Shown here in pieces: positions 47,887-57,866 of a DNA stretch of 64,000 nucleotides. The stretch is taken from contig CAZPYM010000001.1 of the NCBI GenBank assembly GCA_964590105.1, positions 366,172 to 430,171 on the forward strand, written 5' to 3'. The notes beneath the pieces were generated by a model, which was given only the letters and a program-made list of their open reading frames with translations, had not been told where the DNA came from and searched no databases. The stretch comes from an uncultured Gammaproteobacteria bacterium. GTDB lineage: Bacteria; Patescibacteriota; Patescibacteriia; UBA11705; JABHMO01. The translations under genes and the position numbers were made by a program. Numbering within the stretch: the stretch's first letter is position 1; each line of letters begins with the position of its first letter.

Positions 47887-48318
47887 TTATATTCCCAGTT
47901 CCCCCAATTGCTCGGCAATTTCGTTACCATCTTTTTCAGTTTTATTTTTATATAAATTCCATTTGTCTTCATCCCAAATTTCCAATCGATTGAATAACCC
48001 GGCAATGACAACTCTTTTTTTAATACTTGAATACTCTCGTAAATAATCAGGCAGCATTATCCGGCCCTGCGAATCCAGTTTTACATCCATGGCTCCGGCC
48101 AACATAAGTCTGGAAAAAGCCCGGCTATTGGCCTGGCTTGTTGGTAAAGACGCTAATTTTTTGGCGTAAACCGTCCACTCTGTTTTTGTATATACAAAAA
48201 GGCAGTTATCAAGCCCGCGGGTAACAACGCTGCCGGATTTTAAAGCGCTCCTAAACTTGGCCGGAATAGCTAACCGACCCTTGTCATCCACTGAATAATT
48301 GTATTGTCCGATAAACAT
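47887..48318 (-). CDS. mraZ: Division/cell-wall cluster repressor MraZ
   Basis: MFIG, DDKGRLAIP and DSQGRI motifs. Confidence 0.97.
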   Translation of the reverse strand: MFIGQYNYSVDDKGRLAIPAKFRSALKSGSVVTRGLDNCLFVYTKTEWTVYAKKLASLPTSQANSRAFSRLMLAGAMDVKLDSQGRIMLPDYLREYSSIKKRVVIAGLFNRLEIWDEDKWNLYKNKTEKDGNEIAEQLGELGI

Positions 48319-48403
48319 AGGGTACGGATGTACAGATTGAAGCTATTAATTTTCAGTAGCGAATCTGTATGTCTATAAGATAACAAAAGAAAAGCGTTAA
48401 GAA

Positions 48404-48452
48404 TTATCCACAATTCCCCACTTTTCTTCACTCTGCCTACATTATACCCCAC
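48404..48452 (-). promoter_or_regulatory. mraZ promoter with GTGG-type MraZ boxes
   Basis: Minus strand GTGGGG-TATAAT-GTAGG..GTGAAG..GTGGGG..GTGGAT; the last three are spaced 10 bp apart. Confidence 0.7.
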
Positions 48453-48697
48453 AACAACACAGAGAACAACACTTTGGTTGTGGATAAAGTATTGGCTAAA
48501 ATTGAATTATTTTTCTAAAATCAACTACCCTGCCTAATTAACCGCTATGATGTGATAATTAAATCATCACCTTTTCATGCTGTGGATAACTTAAATAAAA
48601 CAAACAACCTATTTACTCGATTGACAAAGCAACGCCAATTATATAAGATTAATCATCAAGAACTAATGAACATTGACAACAAAACGGAGGTTCTCCC

Positions 48698-51142
48698 ATG
48701 GAAATAAAAACCGCCGATAAAATGGGAATGGAAGCGGTCCAAGACATTGTTAAGGACAAATCCGTCGCCCGCAGAATCTTCGCCCTGCTTGGCAGTGGGA
48801 TCAAAGTCAGCGAAGGCGCGATCGAGCTCATGATTAGAGAATCGGTTGAACAGGCCGTCATGCGGTCACTGCTTTTTCATCCCGGCCTAAAACAGGCCGG
48901 AGCCAGGCTTGATCAAGCCGCATTGGAAAAACTGCTGTGTGAGGTCATCAAAGAAAATTTCAAACGCAAATTTAAAAGCCGCGGCCTGACCGATCGGTCG
49001 CCGCTGGACCAGATCACGCGCGAGCTGGGGCTTTGCCTGGAACTCGCGGTGCAGGAAGACGCCAGGGAAGATACCTGCGAAGAATTAGCTGTCACAGAAG
49101 ACGGCGTTATTGACGCCCAATTTGAGGATGAGGCTGACGATCTGATTGATTTTGTCACCATTGCCCTTCAGGATGAGCTTGACGCGTCAAAAGGCGCGCT
49201 CATGGTTGTTCGCCAAGAACGCGGAATTTTATCCGCCAAGGGTCCTGCGAACATTTTTTCCTTACCGCAAGTGGCGGAAAGATTACAAGCCGGCTTGCTG
49301 GAAGAAGCGGAAAAATGGGGACGAGTACTTTTCACTCTGCCCATGATTGCCGACCCTGATGAATTCGAGGACAAGATTCGGTCTCTGAATCCAGCCATGC
49401 AGGCTCCAAATATTCAGCCTCAATTTATCAGCCAGACAACGATTGGATTTGGCAATCGACCGGCCAGATCCAGGAAAGTGATCGCCGAGGTATTGCGCGA
49501 CCACTTAAATCCCCGGCTAATGGAAAGTATTGCTCTTGTCTGTGATCCAGAAAAACCCGAGGAGCTGCAAACCGAAGCAATTAATTTGCTCATCGGTTAC
49601 CTGCAACGATTGGAACATTCAATTGAAATAACGTTAACCGCTATTTCGCTTGTAAAAATCATGGAGGAAAGCAACAAGCCTCGGGTAAGACAATATGTTT
49701 TTCAAAAACTTGGTGAAAATATTGTCACCATCCGGGCTAAGCTGCCGAACTTTTTTCAAAACAGCCGTATTTTACCAATGCTCAAAGGTCTTCTGCTTAC
49801 AGACACAAAAACATTCAAAGCTCCGGTCTGCCAATTCTTGCGGAGTTTCAACCAAGGACAGGGAGAACAAAGCCCTGTTGCCGCGGCGATTCGGGAAGAC
49901 CTGGAAATCACCACCGACCCAAAAGTGGTGGCGATTTACCTGGGCCTTCTGCACGAATTTGAAACTGATGCCAAATGCAGAAGTCAGCTGGAACGACAAA
50001 GATGGGAACTCTTTTTCACCTATGGCAACACCGAGGCAGAACTGGCGGAGGAATTTCTGTCAGATGTCAGAGCGGCCATGCCGTCATCACTTAGCACCCC
50101 GCTTGCCTGCTTTAACGAATGGGAAGAAGTAAAACAATTGCGCCTGATCGCGGTTCTTGATCGCGAATTTGAACTGGCCCTGGCTCATTCACCAAAAGAC
50201 ACGAAAACTGCCAAAAAGATTGCCCTATTCTTTGCCGTAACAATCAGAGATTGCCGAGAGGCGGTCCGCATCCAGATACTCAAAACAAAAAGCACTCTGG
50301 CTGGAGTTTTCGAAGCTGACTACAACAATGCCTTCTGGCTGCCCCTCGGATCCCGGCTGATTGAACTGCTTGCGGACGCTGAATTTGAAGCGAATTTCAT
50401 TATCGCAGGACATGTTCACCTGGCGAATTTCGCCGCGCTCGTGGTTGGCTTGACCAATCCTGCGGCCAAAAAACAACTCTTGACAGTGGCTGAGAAAAAA
50501 GTCAAGGCAATTCAGACCGGCAGCCAAAGTCTAAATGAACAAACCGACAATGTCAGAGAAGCGATTTCCCTGCTGCTCTCAGAAACAGCAGGGGTGATCC
50601 AGGAAGCCAAAAGAATATCAGAAGCAGAAAAGTATTTCCACTGCTACATCAGCATGATGCGATCCGCGTTGCTGACCAAGGCACTTTTCCACCAGCATGT
50701 GCTGGAATTGGCCAGAGCAATCAAGGACAAGCCACGGCTCAAACCGTTGCTCATAAACGCCTATTCTGATTTCAGCCGCAGCCGCCTGCAAAGTCGCGAG
50801 TTGGCAGAATTTCTGCTCGACATTTTTTTGCAGGCAGTCCGAGACAATAGCCCGAAGCCTTCTTCCAGCGACGGTAAATATGAACAGTTGAGCGATATTT
50901 GCAATGACGCGCTCGAAGGCCTGGTTGCCTTGTCCTTGTCAGTTTTTCTGTCCAAGGGACAATGCCAGGCAATCATTCGAGTTTTCAAGATGCACTGTGA
51001 CAAGCGTCCCCAGATCATGACCCAATTCAGGATGGTTGACGGGATTGGAGTAAAACCCCAGCCGGTGCCTGATCCTTTCAAAGAAGCGCTGACAGTGACG
51101 CTCGCGAGAATTGATCCGTCAGCTGACCCTGACATGCTTTAG
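48698..51142 (+). CDS. Large hypothetical alpha-helical (HEAT/ARM-like?) protein
   Basis: 814-aa ORF with a TTGACA promoter, GGAGGT SD and downstream terminator hairpin; fold is a guess. Confidence 0.8.
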   Translation: MEIKTADKMGMEAVQDIVKDKSVARRIFALLGSGIKVSEGAIELMIRESVEQAVMRSLLFHPGLKQAGARLDQAALEKLLCEVIKENFKRKFKSRGLTDRSPLDQITRELGLCLELAVQEDAREDTCEELAVTEDGVIDAQFEDEADDLIDFVTIALQDELDASKGALMVVRQERGILSAKGPANIFSLPQVAERLQAGLLEEAEKWGRVLFTLPMIADPDEFEDKIRSLNPAMQAPNIQPQFISQTTIGFGNRPARSRKVIAEVLRDHLNPRLMESIALVCDPEKPEELQTEAINLLIGYLQRLEHSIEITLTAISLVKIMEESNKPRVRQYVFQKLGENIVTIRAKLPNFFQNSRILPMLKGLLLTDTKTFKAPVCQFLRSFNQGQGEQSPVAAAIREDLEITTDPKVVAIYLGLLHEFETDAKCRSQLERQRWELFFTYGNTEAELAEEFLSDVRAAMPSSLSTPLACFNEWEEVKQLRLIAVLDREFELALAHSPKDTKTAKKIALFFAVTIRDCREAVRIQILKTKSTLAGVFEADYNNAFWLPLGSRLIELLADAEFEANFIIAGHVHLANFAALVVGLTNPAAKKQLLTVAEKKVKAIQTGSQSLNEQTDNVREAISLLLSETAGVIQEAKRISEAEKYFHCYISMMRSALLTKALFHQHVLELARAIKDKPRLKPLLINAYSDFSRSRLQSRELAEFLLDIFLQAVRDNSPKPSSSDGKYEQLSDICNDALEGLVALSLSVFLSKGQCQAIIRVFKMHCDKRPQIMTQFRMVDGIGVKPQPVPDPFKEALTVTLARIDPSADPDML

Positions 51143-51281
51143 AAACACAAACCCACGTTTGATTCATTCAACGCGGGTTTTATTTTTTAAGTAAAATCGT
51201 GAATATTAATAATATAACTCCAAATCGAAAAAAAAAGAGCGACCTGATGGTAGCTCTGATGATTGGATGTATGAACTGAAT

Positions 51282-51527
51282 TTATTCAGCTGATTTCTGA
51301 ATCGGCATGCTACCGAACAGTTTTGCAAAGAACTGTTTGATTTTGCCGGGCGGCGGAAAAGTGCTCAGCGCGGCCTGTCTGGCTTTTCCACAGCCCTCGC
51401 AAAAATCCGCGCTCGGGTACAAAGACGTATCGCACCAGTTACAGCGTGGTAGAAAAGTCATCTCTACACCACAGGCTGTGCAATACTTTCCACTTGAAAC
51501 ACGATGGCAATTCGGACATTCACGCAT
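51282..51527 (-). CDS. Double zinc ribbon protein
   Basis: Four CxxC motifs; AGGAGG SD places the start at ATG 51527. Confidence 0.8.
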   Translation of the reverse strand: MRECPNCHRVSSGKYCTACGVEMTFLPRCNWCDTSLYPSADFCEGCGKARQAALSTFPPPGKIKQFFAKLFGSMPIQKSAE

Positions 51528-51702
51528 TTTCACTCCTCCTTTATTAAGGCTGTACGCAAACGTTCACATATCAGGATAGTAATATATCAAACATTTGTCA
51601 AGCCGGCGGCGATGATAGCGCTTTGATTTATTGGTTGACTAGTTGATTTATTAACCGAAAAACATTTGCTTCAATCAACTAATAAACTAATAAACCAATC
51701 AA

Positions 51703-52155
51703 CTAACCAATATTCGGCTCGCCGCCATAAATCGGCTTAACAAATCGCGATGTTCTTTTGAGTTTAAGTTGAATTATTTCTTGCCAAATTTTTTTTATTC
51801 GAACTACTTCCGACAATTCATCCCACTCTTTTTTTAATTTTACGCCGGCAACGGGAATATTCCAGGCAAAGGACAGCGCGTTGGCAGTGGCGATGCCAAT
51901 CCGCAGGGCTGAAAATTGTCCGGGCCCCTGTACCACAAAAATAGCATTTATATTCCTTCCTCGCTTTTTTGATTTTCCCTGACCTGAGCCTGTCGAAGGT
52001 TTGTTTTCTTGATTTCCTACCAAAGCCTCGATTGTTTTTAACAATAATTCCGATTGCCTATATGGCTTATTTACAATTTTAAACTTCTCAATCTGCTTAT
52101 TGCCGATTGCCACTGAAAACTGCGAATTGTACGGAGTGGAAATTAATAATTTCAT
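51703..52155 (-). CDS. tsaB: Short TsaB (t6A biosynthesis) homologue
   Basis: SELLL, GPGQFSALRIG...ANAL, P.Y motifs; probable start MKLLIST. Confidence 0.8.
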   Translation of the reverse strand: MKLLISTPYNSQFSVAIGNKQIEKFKIVNKPYRQSELLLKTIEALVGNQENKPSTGSGQGKSKKRGRNINAIFVVQGPGQFSALRIGIATANALSFAWNIPVAGVKLKKEWDELSEVVRIKKIWQEIIQLKLKRTSRFVKPIYGGEPNIG

Positions 52156-52252
52156 ATTTATTTGTATTTTTTTTATTTGTCCCCGTCCCTCGCGAGGAGC
52201 AAGGTATAATTTCCGCCCTATTGTTTGTAATTTGTGATTTGTATTTTGTAAT

Positions 52253-53644
52253 TTACTCATGAATTATCACCGGCGTGCCAATAGGCGTCCAGTCATACAA
52301 AGTTTTTGCCGGCCCGACGCCCAACCGCACACAGCCATGAGAAACAGGGTTGCCCAAATGGTTTTGTCCTTCTTTGTACCCACTCGGCCATTCCGGCAAT
52401 TCATGTATGCCGTAGCTCGGCTTAAATGACATCCACCACGGCATGAATAAAGCGTATGTTTTGGAATAAGCGCGCGGATTTTTTTGCCAAATCTTGAATT
52501 CCCCGTACGGCGTAGGCATGCTTTTCTTACCGCTCGAAATTTGAAATTCATTCACCTGCCTGCCGTTTTGGTAATACCTCAACTTTTGCTCGGACACATC
52601 GATATCAATATACTTGTATAAATAACTATTACCACTCGGATTAATTTGTTGTGGCAGGGTAATTAATTCCATTTTCCCATCGCCATCAAAATCGCCGTAA
52701 TCAACATTTACGCCGCCTCGAAAATTTTTGTCATAACTAAAAAATGCCGGGTTCTTTATTAGCGTTCCGAATGAATCAAAAAAACGCACATGCGGCCCGC
52801 CACTAAAACCGGCGCCCGTCACGATAATAGTTTGTCCATTGTTTTTTACTACTGAAAAATTAACGCCGCCCTCAAAATTTTTGGCATAAGCCAGAAATTC
52901 TTTGATAGCGGAACCGTCGCGCCGCAAAATTTTTATTTTCGGCTCATTGCCGGAGCCGAATCCAACAATAATTTCTTCTGTTCCGTCAGCTCCGAGATCA
53001 ATAGCCGCGACCTTTACCGGTTCAAAATTGTTTTCAAGAGTAATAGTAATTGAGTCACCTTTTTGATTGCCAAAACGATCGAAAAATTTAATTTGCGCAT
53101 TTTCTCCATCTATAACGCTGATAATAATTTCTTTGAAACCATCGCCGTCGACATCGCCGGTCGCGATTTCAAGCCCTGCCCGATAGTCTTTGTCAGCCGC
53201 CCAAAAGCCCTTGGAAAAAAGCGGATTACCTTCATCGTTAAAAATTCTAATCTGCGGCCCGCCGCCGGCGCCTGGCGCGGTAATCAGCTCCTCATGACCG
53301 TCATTGTCCAGATCAGCGGCGGTCAATGAGATTTCACCGGTAAAGCCCTGAGCGTATGGAAACCATGAATTTTGCAAATCTCCATTATTATTATAAATTC
53401 TAATTTCCGGACGCTCCTGATTGCCATAGCTTACTGCCAGTTCTTTTTTCGCGTCAGCGCCGAAATCAATCATTTTAAATCTCATTGAGCCAGAAAAATT
53501 TTCGGGAATCACCGAGAGCTCCTGCAGAACATTCAAGTCGTCACTAAAAACGAGCAAATCGTTTTCCTCGGCCGCCATTACTTTTCCCGCAAATAAAAAA
53601 ACAGCTCCGAAAAGCAAAAGTAAAACAAAAGGTTTAAACTTCAT
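52253..53644 (-). CDS. L,D-transpeptidase with FG-GAP/VCBS repeats
   Basis: GDVDGDG/DFDGDG repeats; C-terminal YkuD domain with GIH...SHGCVRL. Confidence 0.9.
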   Translation of the reverse strand: MKFKPFVLLLLFGAVFLFAGKVMAAEENDLLVFSDDLNVLQELSVIPENFSGSMRFKMIDFGADAKKELAVSYGNQERPEIRIYNNNGDLQNSWFPYAQGFTGEISLTAADLDNDGHEELITAPGAGGGPQIRIFNDEGNPLFSKGFWAADKDYRAGLEIATGDVDGDGFKEIIISVIDGENAQIKFFDRFGNQKGDSITITLENNFEPVKVAAIDLGADGTEEIIVGFGSGNEPKIKILRRDGSAIKEFLAYAKNFEGGVNFSVVKNNGQTIIVTGAGFSGGPHVRFFDSFGTLIKNPAFFSYDKNFRGGVNVDYGDFDGDGKMELITLPQQINPSGNSYLYKYIDIDVSEQKLRYYQNGRQVNEFQISSGKKSMPTPYGEFKIWQKNPRAYSKTYALFMPWWMSFKPSYGIHELPEWPSGYKEGQNHLGNPVSHGCVRLGVGPAKTLYDWTPIGTPVIIHE

Positions 53645-54224
53645 TTTTCAATATTTCATTAAGCGCGGAAGGTAATTCTAATATCCCGTCACTGCCACTA
53701 AAGTGGCCTTTATTATTTTCTACAATTATTTTTGCCTCCAATTTGTCAGCGAATAATTCTTTCTGGCTAACCGGAACAAAGGAATCATCGTCAGAAAAAA
53801 TCGCTGTAAATCGTTCCGCTCGGGTTTTTACTTTATTAAAATCAATCGGCGTTTCCATCCATGGGCGGGCAATGGCTACTGATTCTTCGCCTTCTTCGGC
53901 AATCGTCGCCTGATCAAGCTCCATCCATGGCGCGACCAAAACTGCGCCGCCAACTTTTTGCTCCGGCGCAAACTTTTCCAAATAACGCAATATCGCCTGA
54001 CAGCCAATACTATGACCAACAAAAAAAGTGCCTAAATCCGGCACGCCGACTATTTTTTTCAAAAAATTAACCCACTCTTCAATACGTGGCTTTTCTGAAT
54101 TCGGCATGGACGGCAAAACAACAGCAATCCCCTCTTTTTCCAATTCGGTTTTCAGCCATGGAAACCATCCTTCTTCCGGATAGCCACCCCAGCCGTGAAT
54201 AATAAAAACTTTGAAAACTTTCAT
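53634..54224 (-). CDS. RBBP9/YdeN-family serine hydrolase
   Basis: IIHGW, W..WL, GHSIG, SDDD, GHF motifs. Confidence 0.9.
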   Translation of the reverse strand: MKVFKVFIIHGWGGYPEEGWFPWLKTELEKEGIAVVLPSMPNSEKPRIEEWVNFLKKIVGVPDLGTFFVGHSIGCQAILRYLEKFAPEQKVGGAVLVAPWMELDQATIAEEGEESVAIARPWMETPIDFNKVKTRAERFTAIFSDDDSFVPVSQKELFADKLEAKIIVENNKGHFSGSDGILELPSALNEILKNEV

Positions 54225-54227
54225 AGA

Positions 54228-54857
54228 TTATTCTATAATGCCAAATTGATCCGGTTTATTTCGCTCTTTGGCCAGTTTGTCAAGCACAACGATATTGTTT
54301 TCATTTTCCAAAATATCGAGCAGAAAGCGGTCTGAAATATCTTTTCTCAATTGATATTCCGCCTCGTCCATGATTGTAAACTTGATCGATCGCCCCATCT
54401 CATGCTCAAATTTTTTCATTCCCTCAACTGCTTTTTCTTTGTCCAGCTCGCCAACAATCATAATGTCAGTTAGCGCCTTTTCGTCTTCAACAAAACTGCC
54501 ACCAAATGAGATATATTGGATATCGCCCAATCGCTTTATTCTTTCTATTAGTTTTTTTTCCAGCAAAATCTTGCCCTTGGCAAACAAATTGATCAAATCC
54601 CGATGAAATAAATTTTTTGAATTCAAATAATAAAACTTTTTTGCGTTCAAACTTTTTTCCACTTCCGGCTTTACCTTGGACTCGCAAACGCAGATGAGTT
54701 TGAGTGTTACCAAATTTTCCAATTCCCGACGCACGGAATTGAGAAGGCAATCTGTCAAGCGCGTGATTTCTCTAACAAAAAATCGTTTTTCTGGATTATC
54801 CAGAAAAAGCCGAATTAATTTCACCCTAGTTTTTGAACCAAATAATTGTTCAAACAT
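54228..54857 (-). CDS. Winged-helix protein with a degenerate nucleotidyltransferase-like domain
   Basis: LFGSKTR..L, REITR...NSVRREL; GSF...TDIMIVG. Confidence 0.75.
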   Translation of the reverse strand: MFEQLFGSKTRVKLIRLFLDNPEKRFFVREITRLTDCLLNSVRRELENLVTLKLICVCESKVKPEVEKSLNAKKFYYLNSKNLFHRDLINLFAKGKILLEKKLIERIKRLGDIQYISFGGSFVEDEKALTDIMIVGELDKEKAVEGMKKFEHEMGRSIKFTIMDEAEYQLRKDISDRFLLDILENENNIVVLDKLAKERNKPDQFGIIE

Positions 54858-55032
54858 AAATTTCCGCCGCTATTGTCAATTCTCGACTAAAATGTTCTTA
54901 TAAATTTGATTATTGTTTTACAAATATAGTATAATATAGATACTCTAATACAGTCAAATACAGACTGGCTTGGGAAATAGCTCTAAATCACTACTTTTAG
55001 TCCTAATCCTCCCAATATAGAATCGCTTACAT

Positions 55033-57261
55033 ATGGATAATAACCACGACATCTCAATTGAAGAAATCTACATTCCAGCCAAGAACGACAAGGAAACTTA
55101 CCTTTGCGAAGATTTTATTGTTTATCCGGAAGGCAAAGAAAAAAACGGCGGCTATCTAATGGGAATCATCGAAATCCGGGCGACTGCGGTGGCTGAAAGC
55201 GAAAAGATTATCCAAACAATTATCAATACTCTCAAGGATAATTACTATGATCAGATAAACAGCTCCCCTGATCCAAAAAAGCTAAACCTTGAAACGGTTT
55301 TCGAATACGCTCTGCAAAAAACAAATTCCGCTTTGGTGGAAATGATCCAGATCGGCCATATCAACTTAGTCTTGGAAAATCTCAATTACTTGATCGCCGT
55401 AGCCAAACCAAATCTCCAAAACCGGGATATTGATTTTACTTTTGCCCACCAGGGATTGATAAGCGTATATTTGCTTCACAAAACCAAACAAAACAACTAC
55501 AAAGTCATTGACGTCGTCGGTAATACGCCGCGCTCCCGAGAAGATCAAAACGATAAAATTAAAATCTTCTCCTCCACCCTCTCCGGCAAAGTATCCCACC
55601 GCGACGCGCTATATATTTGTTCAGAAATTTTTGGCAATTACATCCCCGCTCACAAAGTAAACAAAATTCTTTCAACCAATGATCTCTCGACCAGCGTTGA
55701 TTATTTCAAAAACCTGATCAATAACGTAAAAAACAATTCTCATCTCACCTACTGCGCGCTCTTTATGAAAATGGAAGAAAAACGTAGCCTGTCCGAAGAG
55801 CCAATATCACAAAAATCCATTAATAATCTCATTTCGACAACTGAAAAAACTGAAAAATATTTGACCCCCACTTTTGCCCTAAATATCCGAGACCTAATTC
55901 GCCGGGCCTTTTCAGGAATGAAAAGCAGAGAAAAAGCAACCCAGAGATTGCAAAGCCCTGACGGACAAAAAAGGGTTTCTTTCGGGATCCTCAAATATAT
56001 TTTCAATATTTTTAAAATCATCTTTATCTTCATCGGAAAAACATTCAGCAAAATATTTGCCATTATCACAGGCAAGCAAAAGCTCCACCTTCTTCCCTTG
56101 AAAAAAACACTGGCCATTCCGAAAACAATAATTTCCAGATCAGCCGGAGGACTAAAATCCCTGCATAAAATCAATAAAACTATTTTAGCATCTTTGTTAG
56201 TTTTAGTGATTCTTCTAGTTTCTGGGATCTTTTGGGTTCGGCATCGAGAACAAACCAAACAGGAACAAACTGCCTATGCGGCTCAAGTGCAAGTGATCAA
56301 AGAACTTATAAACAATGCTCAAGTAAATTTAATCTATAAAAACGAAGAGCAAAGTCTGGCTCTGATCAAAGAAGCAGAAGAAAAAACAAGTTATCTACCT
56401 CAAGCCAGCGCCAGCCGGCAGGCAAATTATCTTGAATTACAAAATCAGGCCAGCGCCATAAAAAATAAATTATTGCATGTTGAAAATGTAGTTCCTCAAT
56501 TGATTACCGAGGTTGGCGCGAACGAAACGCCGGTTCAATTAACAAAAATATCAAAAATCGGCGATAAACTATACGTTAATGCCAAAGACGCTGATTTGTA
56601 CGAAGTCGCATTAGGAGACAAAAGCGTAAATTTATTTGCTCACTCGCAGGCCGGCGACCTGGCAACAACTATTCAGGACGACAAAAATTTGATGTTTATT
56701 ACCAATCAAAGCAAATTGATACAGTTAAATGCTACTGATAAATCATTTTCCACCAAGTCAATCAACTGGCCAAACAGCGCCGAAATCAAAGCCGCCATTC
56801 TCTACAATAGCAAAATATACGCCCTCGACACTGTAAATCAGCAAATTGCCAAATACCAGGCCAGTGGCGACAACTACGGCAGTCCGCAAAATTGGATTAA
56901 AGACAAAAAAGACGCTGATCTTTCAGACGGCGCCAGCTTGGCTATTGACGGCAATATCTATGTCCTGACAAAAAAAGGCAAAATTTATAAATTCTACACC
57001 GGTAAACTGGAAGATTTTGAAGCTCGAACAATCGAGCCCGCCTTGACTGAAGCTCAAAAAATTTACGCTTCAGCCGATCTTCCCTACCTATATATCTCCG
57101 AGGCCGGCGGCAAACGCATTATTTTCCTAAATAAGGACGGCAGTTTATCAAAACAATATTTATTTGATACGCTGGACAGCGCAATCAGCGATTTTACTGT
57201 GAGCGGCGATCAAATCTATATGGTTTCCGGCAATAAAGTTTACAGCGCAACAATTCAATAA
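55033..57261 (+). CDS. Hypothetical membrane protein (possible PP2C-like N-domain, TM segment, beta-propeller)
   Basis: 742 aa; central TM segment; C-terminal blade-like repeats (LAIDGNIYVL, IYALD). Confidence 0.75.
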   Translation: MDNNHDISIEEIYIPAKNDKETYLCEDFIVYPEGKEKNGGYLMGIIEIRATAVAESEKIIQTIINTLKDNYYDQINSSPDPKKLNLETVFEYALQKTNSALVEMIQIGHINLVLENLNYLIAVAKPNLQNRDIDFTFAHQGLISVYLLHKTKQNNYKVIDVVGNTPRSREDQNDKIKIFSSTLSGKVSHRDALYICSEIFGNYIPAHKVNKILSTNDLSTSVDYFKNLINNVKNNSHLTYCALFMKMEEKRSLSEEPISQKSINNLISTTEKTEKYLTPTFALNIRDLIRRAFSGMKSREKATQRLQSPDGQKRVSFGILKYIFNIFKIIFIFIGKTFSKIFAIITGKQKLHLLPLKKTLAIPKTIISRSAGGLKSLHKINKTILASLLVLVILLVSGIFWVRHREQTKQEQTAYAAQVQVIKELINNAQVNLIYKNEEQSLALIKEAEEKTSYLPQASASRQANYLELQNQASAIKNKLLHVENVVPQLITEVGANETPVQLTKISKIGDKLYVNAKDADLYEVALGDKSVNLFAHSQAGDLATTIQDDKNLMFITNQSKLIQLNATDKSFSTKSINWPNSAEIKAAILYNSKIYALDTVNQQIAKYQASGDNYGSPQNWIKDKKDADLSDGASLAIDGNIYVLTKKGKIYKFYTGKLEDFEARTIEPALTEAQKIYASADLPYLYISEAGGKRIIFLNKDGSLSKQYLFDTLDSAISDFTVSGDQIYMVSGNKVYSATIQ

Positions 57262-57317
57262 ATCAAACCAACAAAAAATCCCACCTGATTAAGAGCGGGA
57301 TTTTTTATTTTGAAATT

Positions 57318-57767
57318 TTACTTCAAGTTTACTGATGCTCCGGCGTCCTGTAATTTCTTGCGCATTACTTCAGCTTCTTCTTTTTTCACGCCTTCTTTTA
57401 GAACTTTTGGAGCTCCGTCTACTAAATCCTTGGCTTCTTTCAAACCGAGTCCGGTTATTTCCTTAACAACTTTGATAACCGCGATTTTATTTTCACCAAC
57501 GCCGGCCAATTCAACGTCAAATTCTGTTTTTTCTTCAACCGGAGCAGCTGCGCCAGCACCCGGCATTGCCATGGCCATCATTGGAGCGGCCGCGCTAACA
57601 CCGAATTTATCTTCCAAGATTTTGACTAGGTCAGCCAAATCCATAACTGACATTTTTTCAATTTCTCCGACTAATGATTGAAACTTTGCCGGAACTTCTA
57701 CTTGTTTTTTTTCTTGCTTTGCTTCTGTAGCTTCCGCTACTGGAGCAGTAGTTTGTTCATCTGCCAT
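57318..57767 (-). CDS. rplL: 50S ribosomal protein L7/L12
   Basis: [27 protein letters not shown] motifs. Confidence 0.97.
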   Translation of the reverse strand: MADEQTTAPVAEATEAKQEKKQVEVPAKFQSLVGEIEKMSVMDLADLVKILEDKFGVSAAAPMMAMAMPGAGAAAPVEEKTEFDVELAGVGENKIAVIKVVKEITGLGLKEAKDLVDGAPKVLKEGVKKEEAEVMRKKLQDAGASVNLK

Positions 57768-57866
57768 ATTGTAGTTTATTAGTTTATTGGTTTATTTGTT
57801 AATAGAATTGCCAGTTTTCAATTACCCAGGCAATCAACGAATCAACAAATCAACCAGTCAACCATA

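Noticed and set aside
48400-48600. Replication origin
   Set aside because: No dnaA/dnaN nearby, no change in gene strand bias, only three boxes; kept as a regulatory finding
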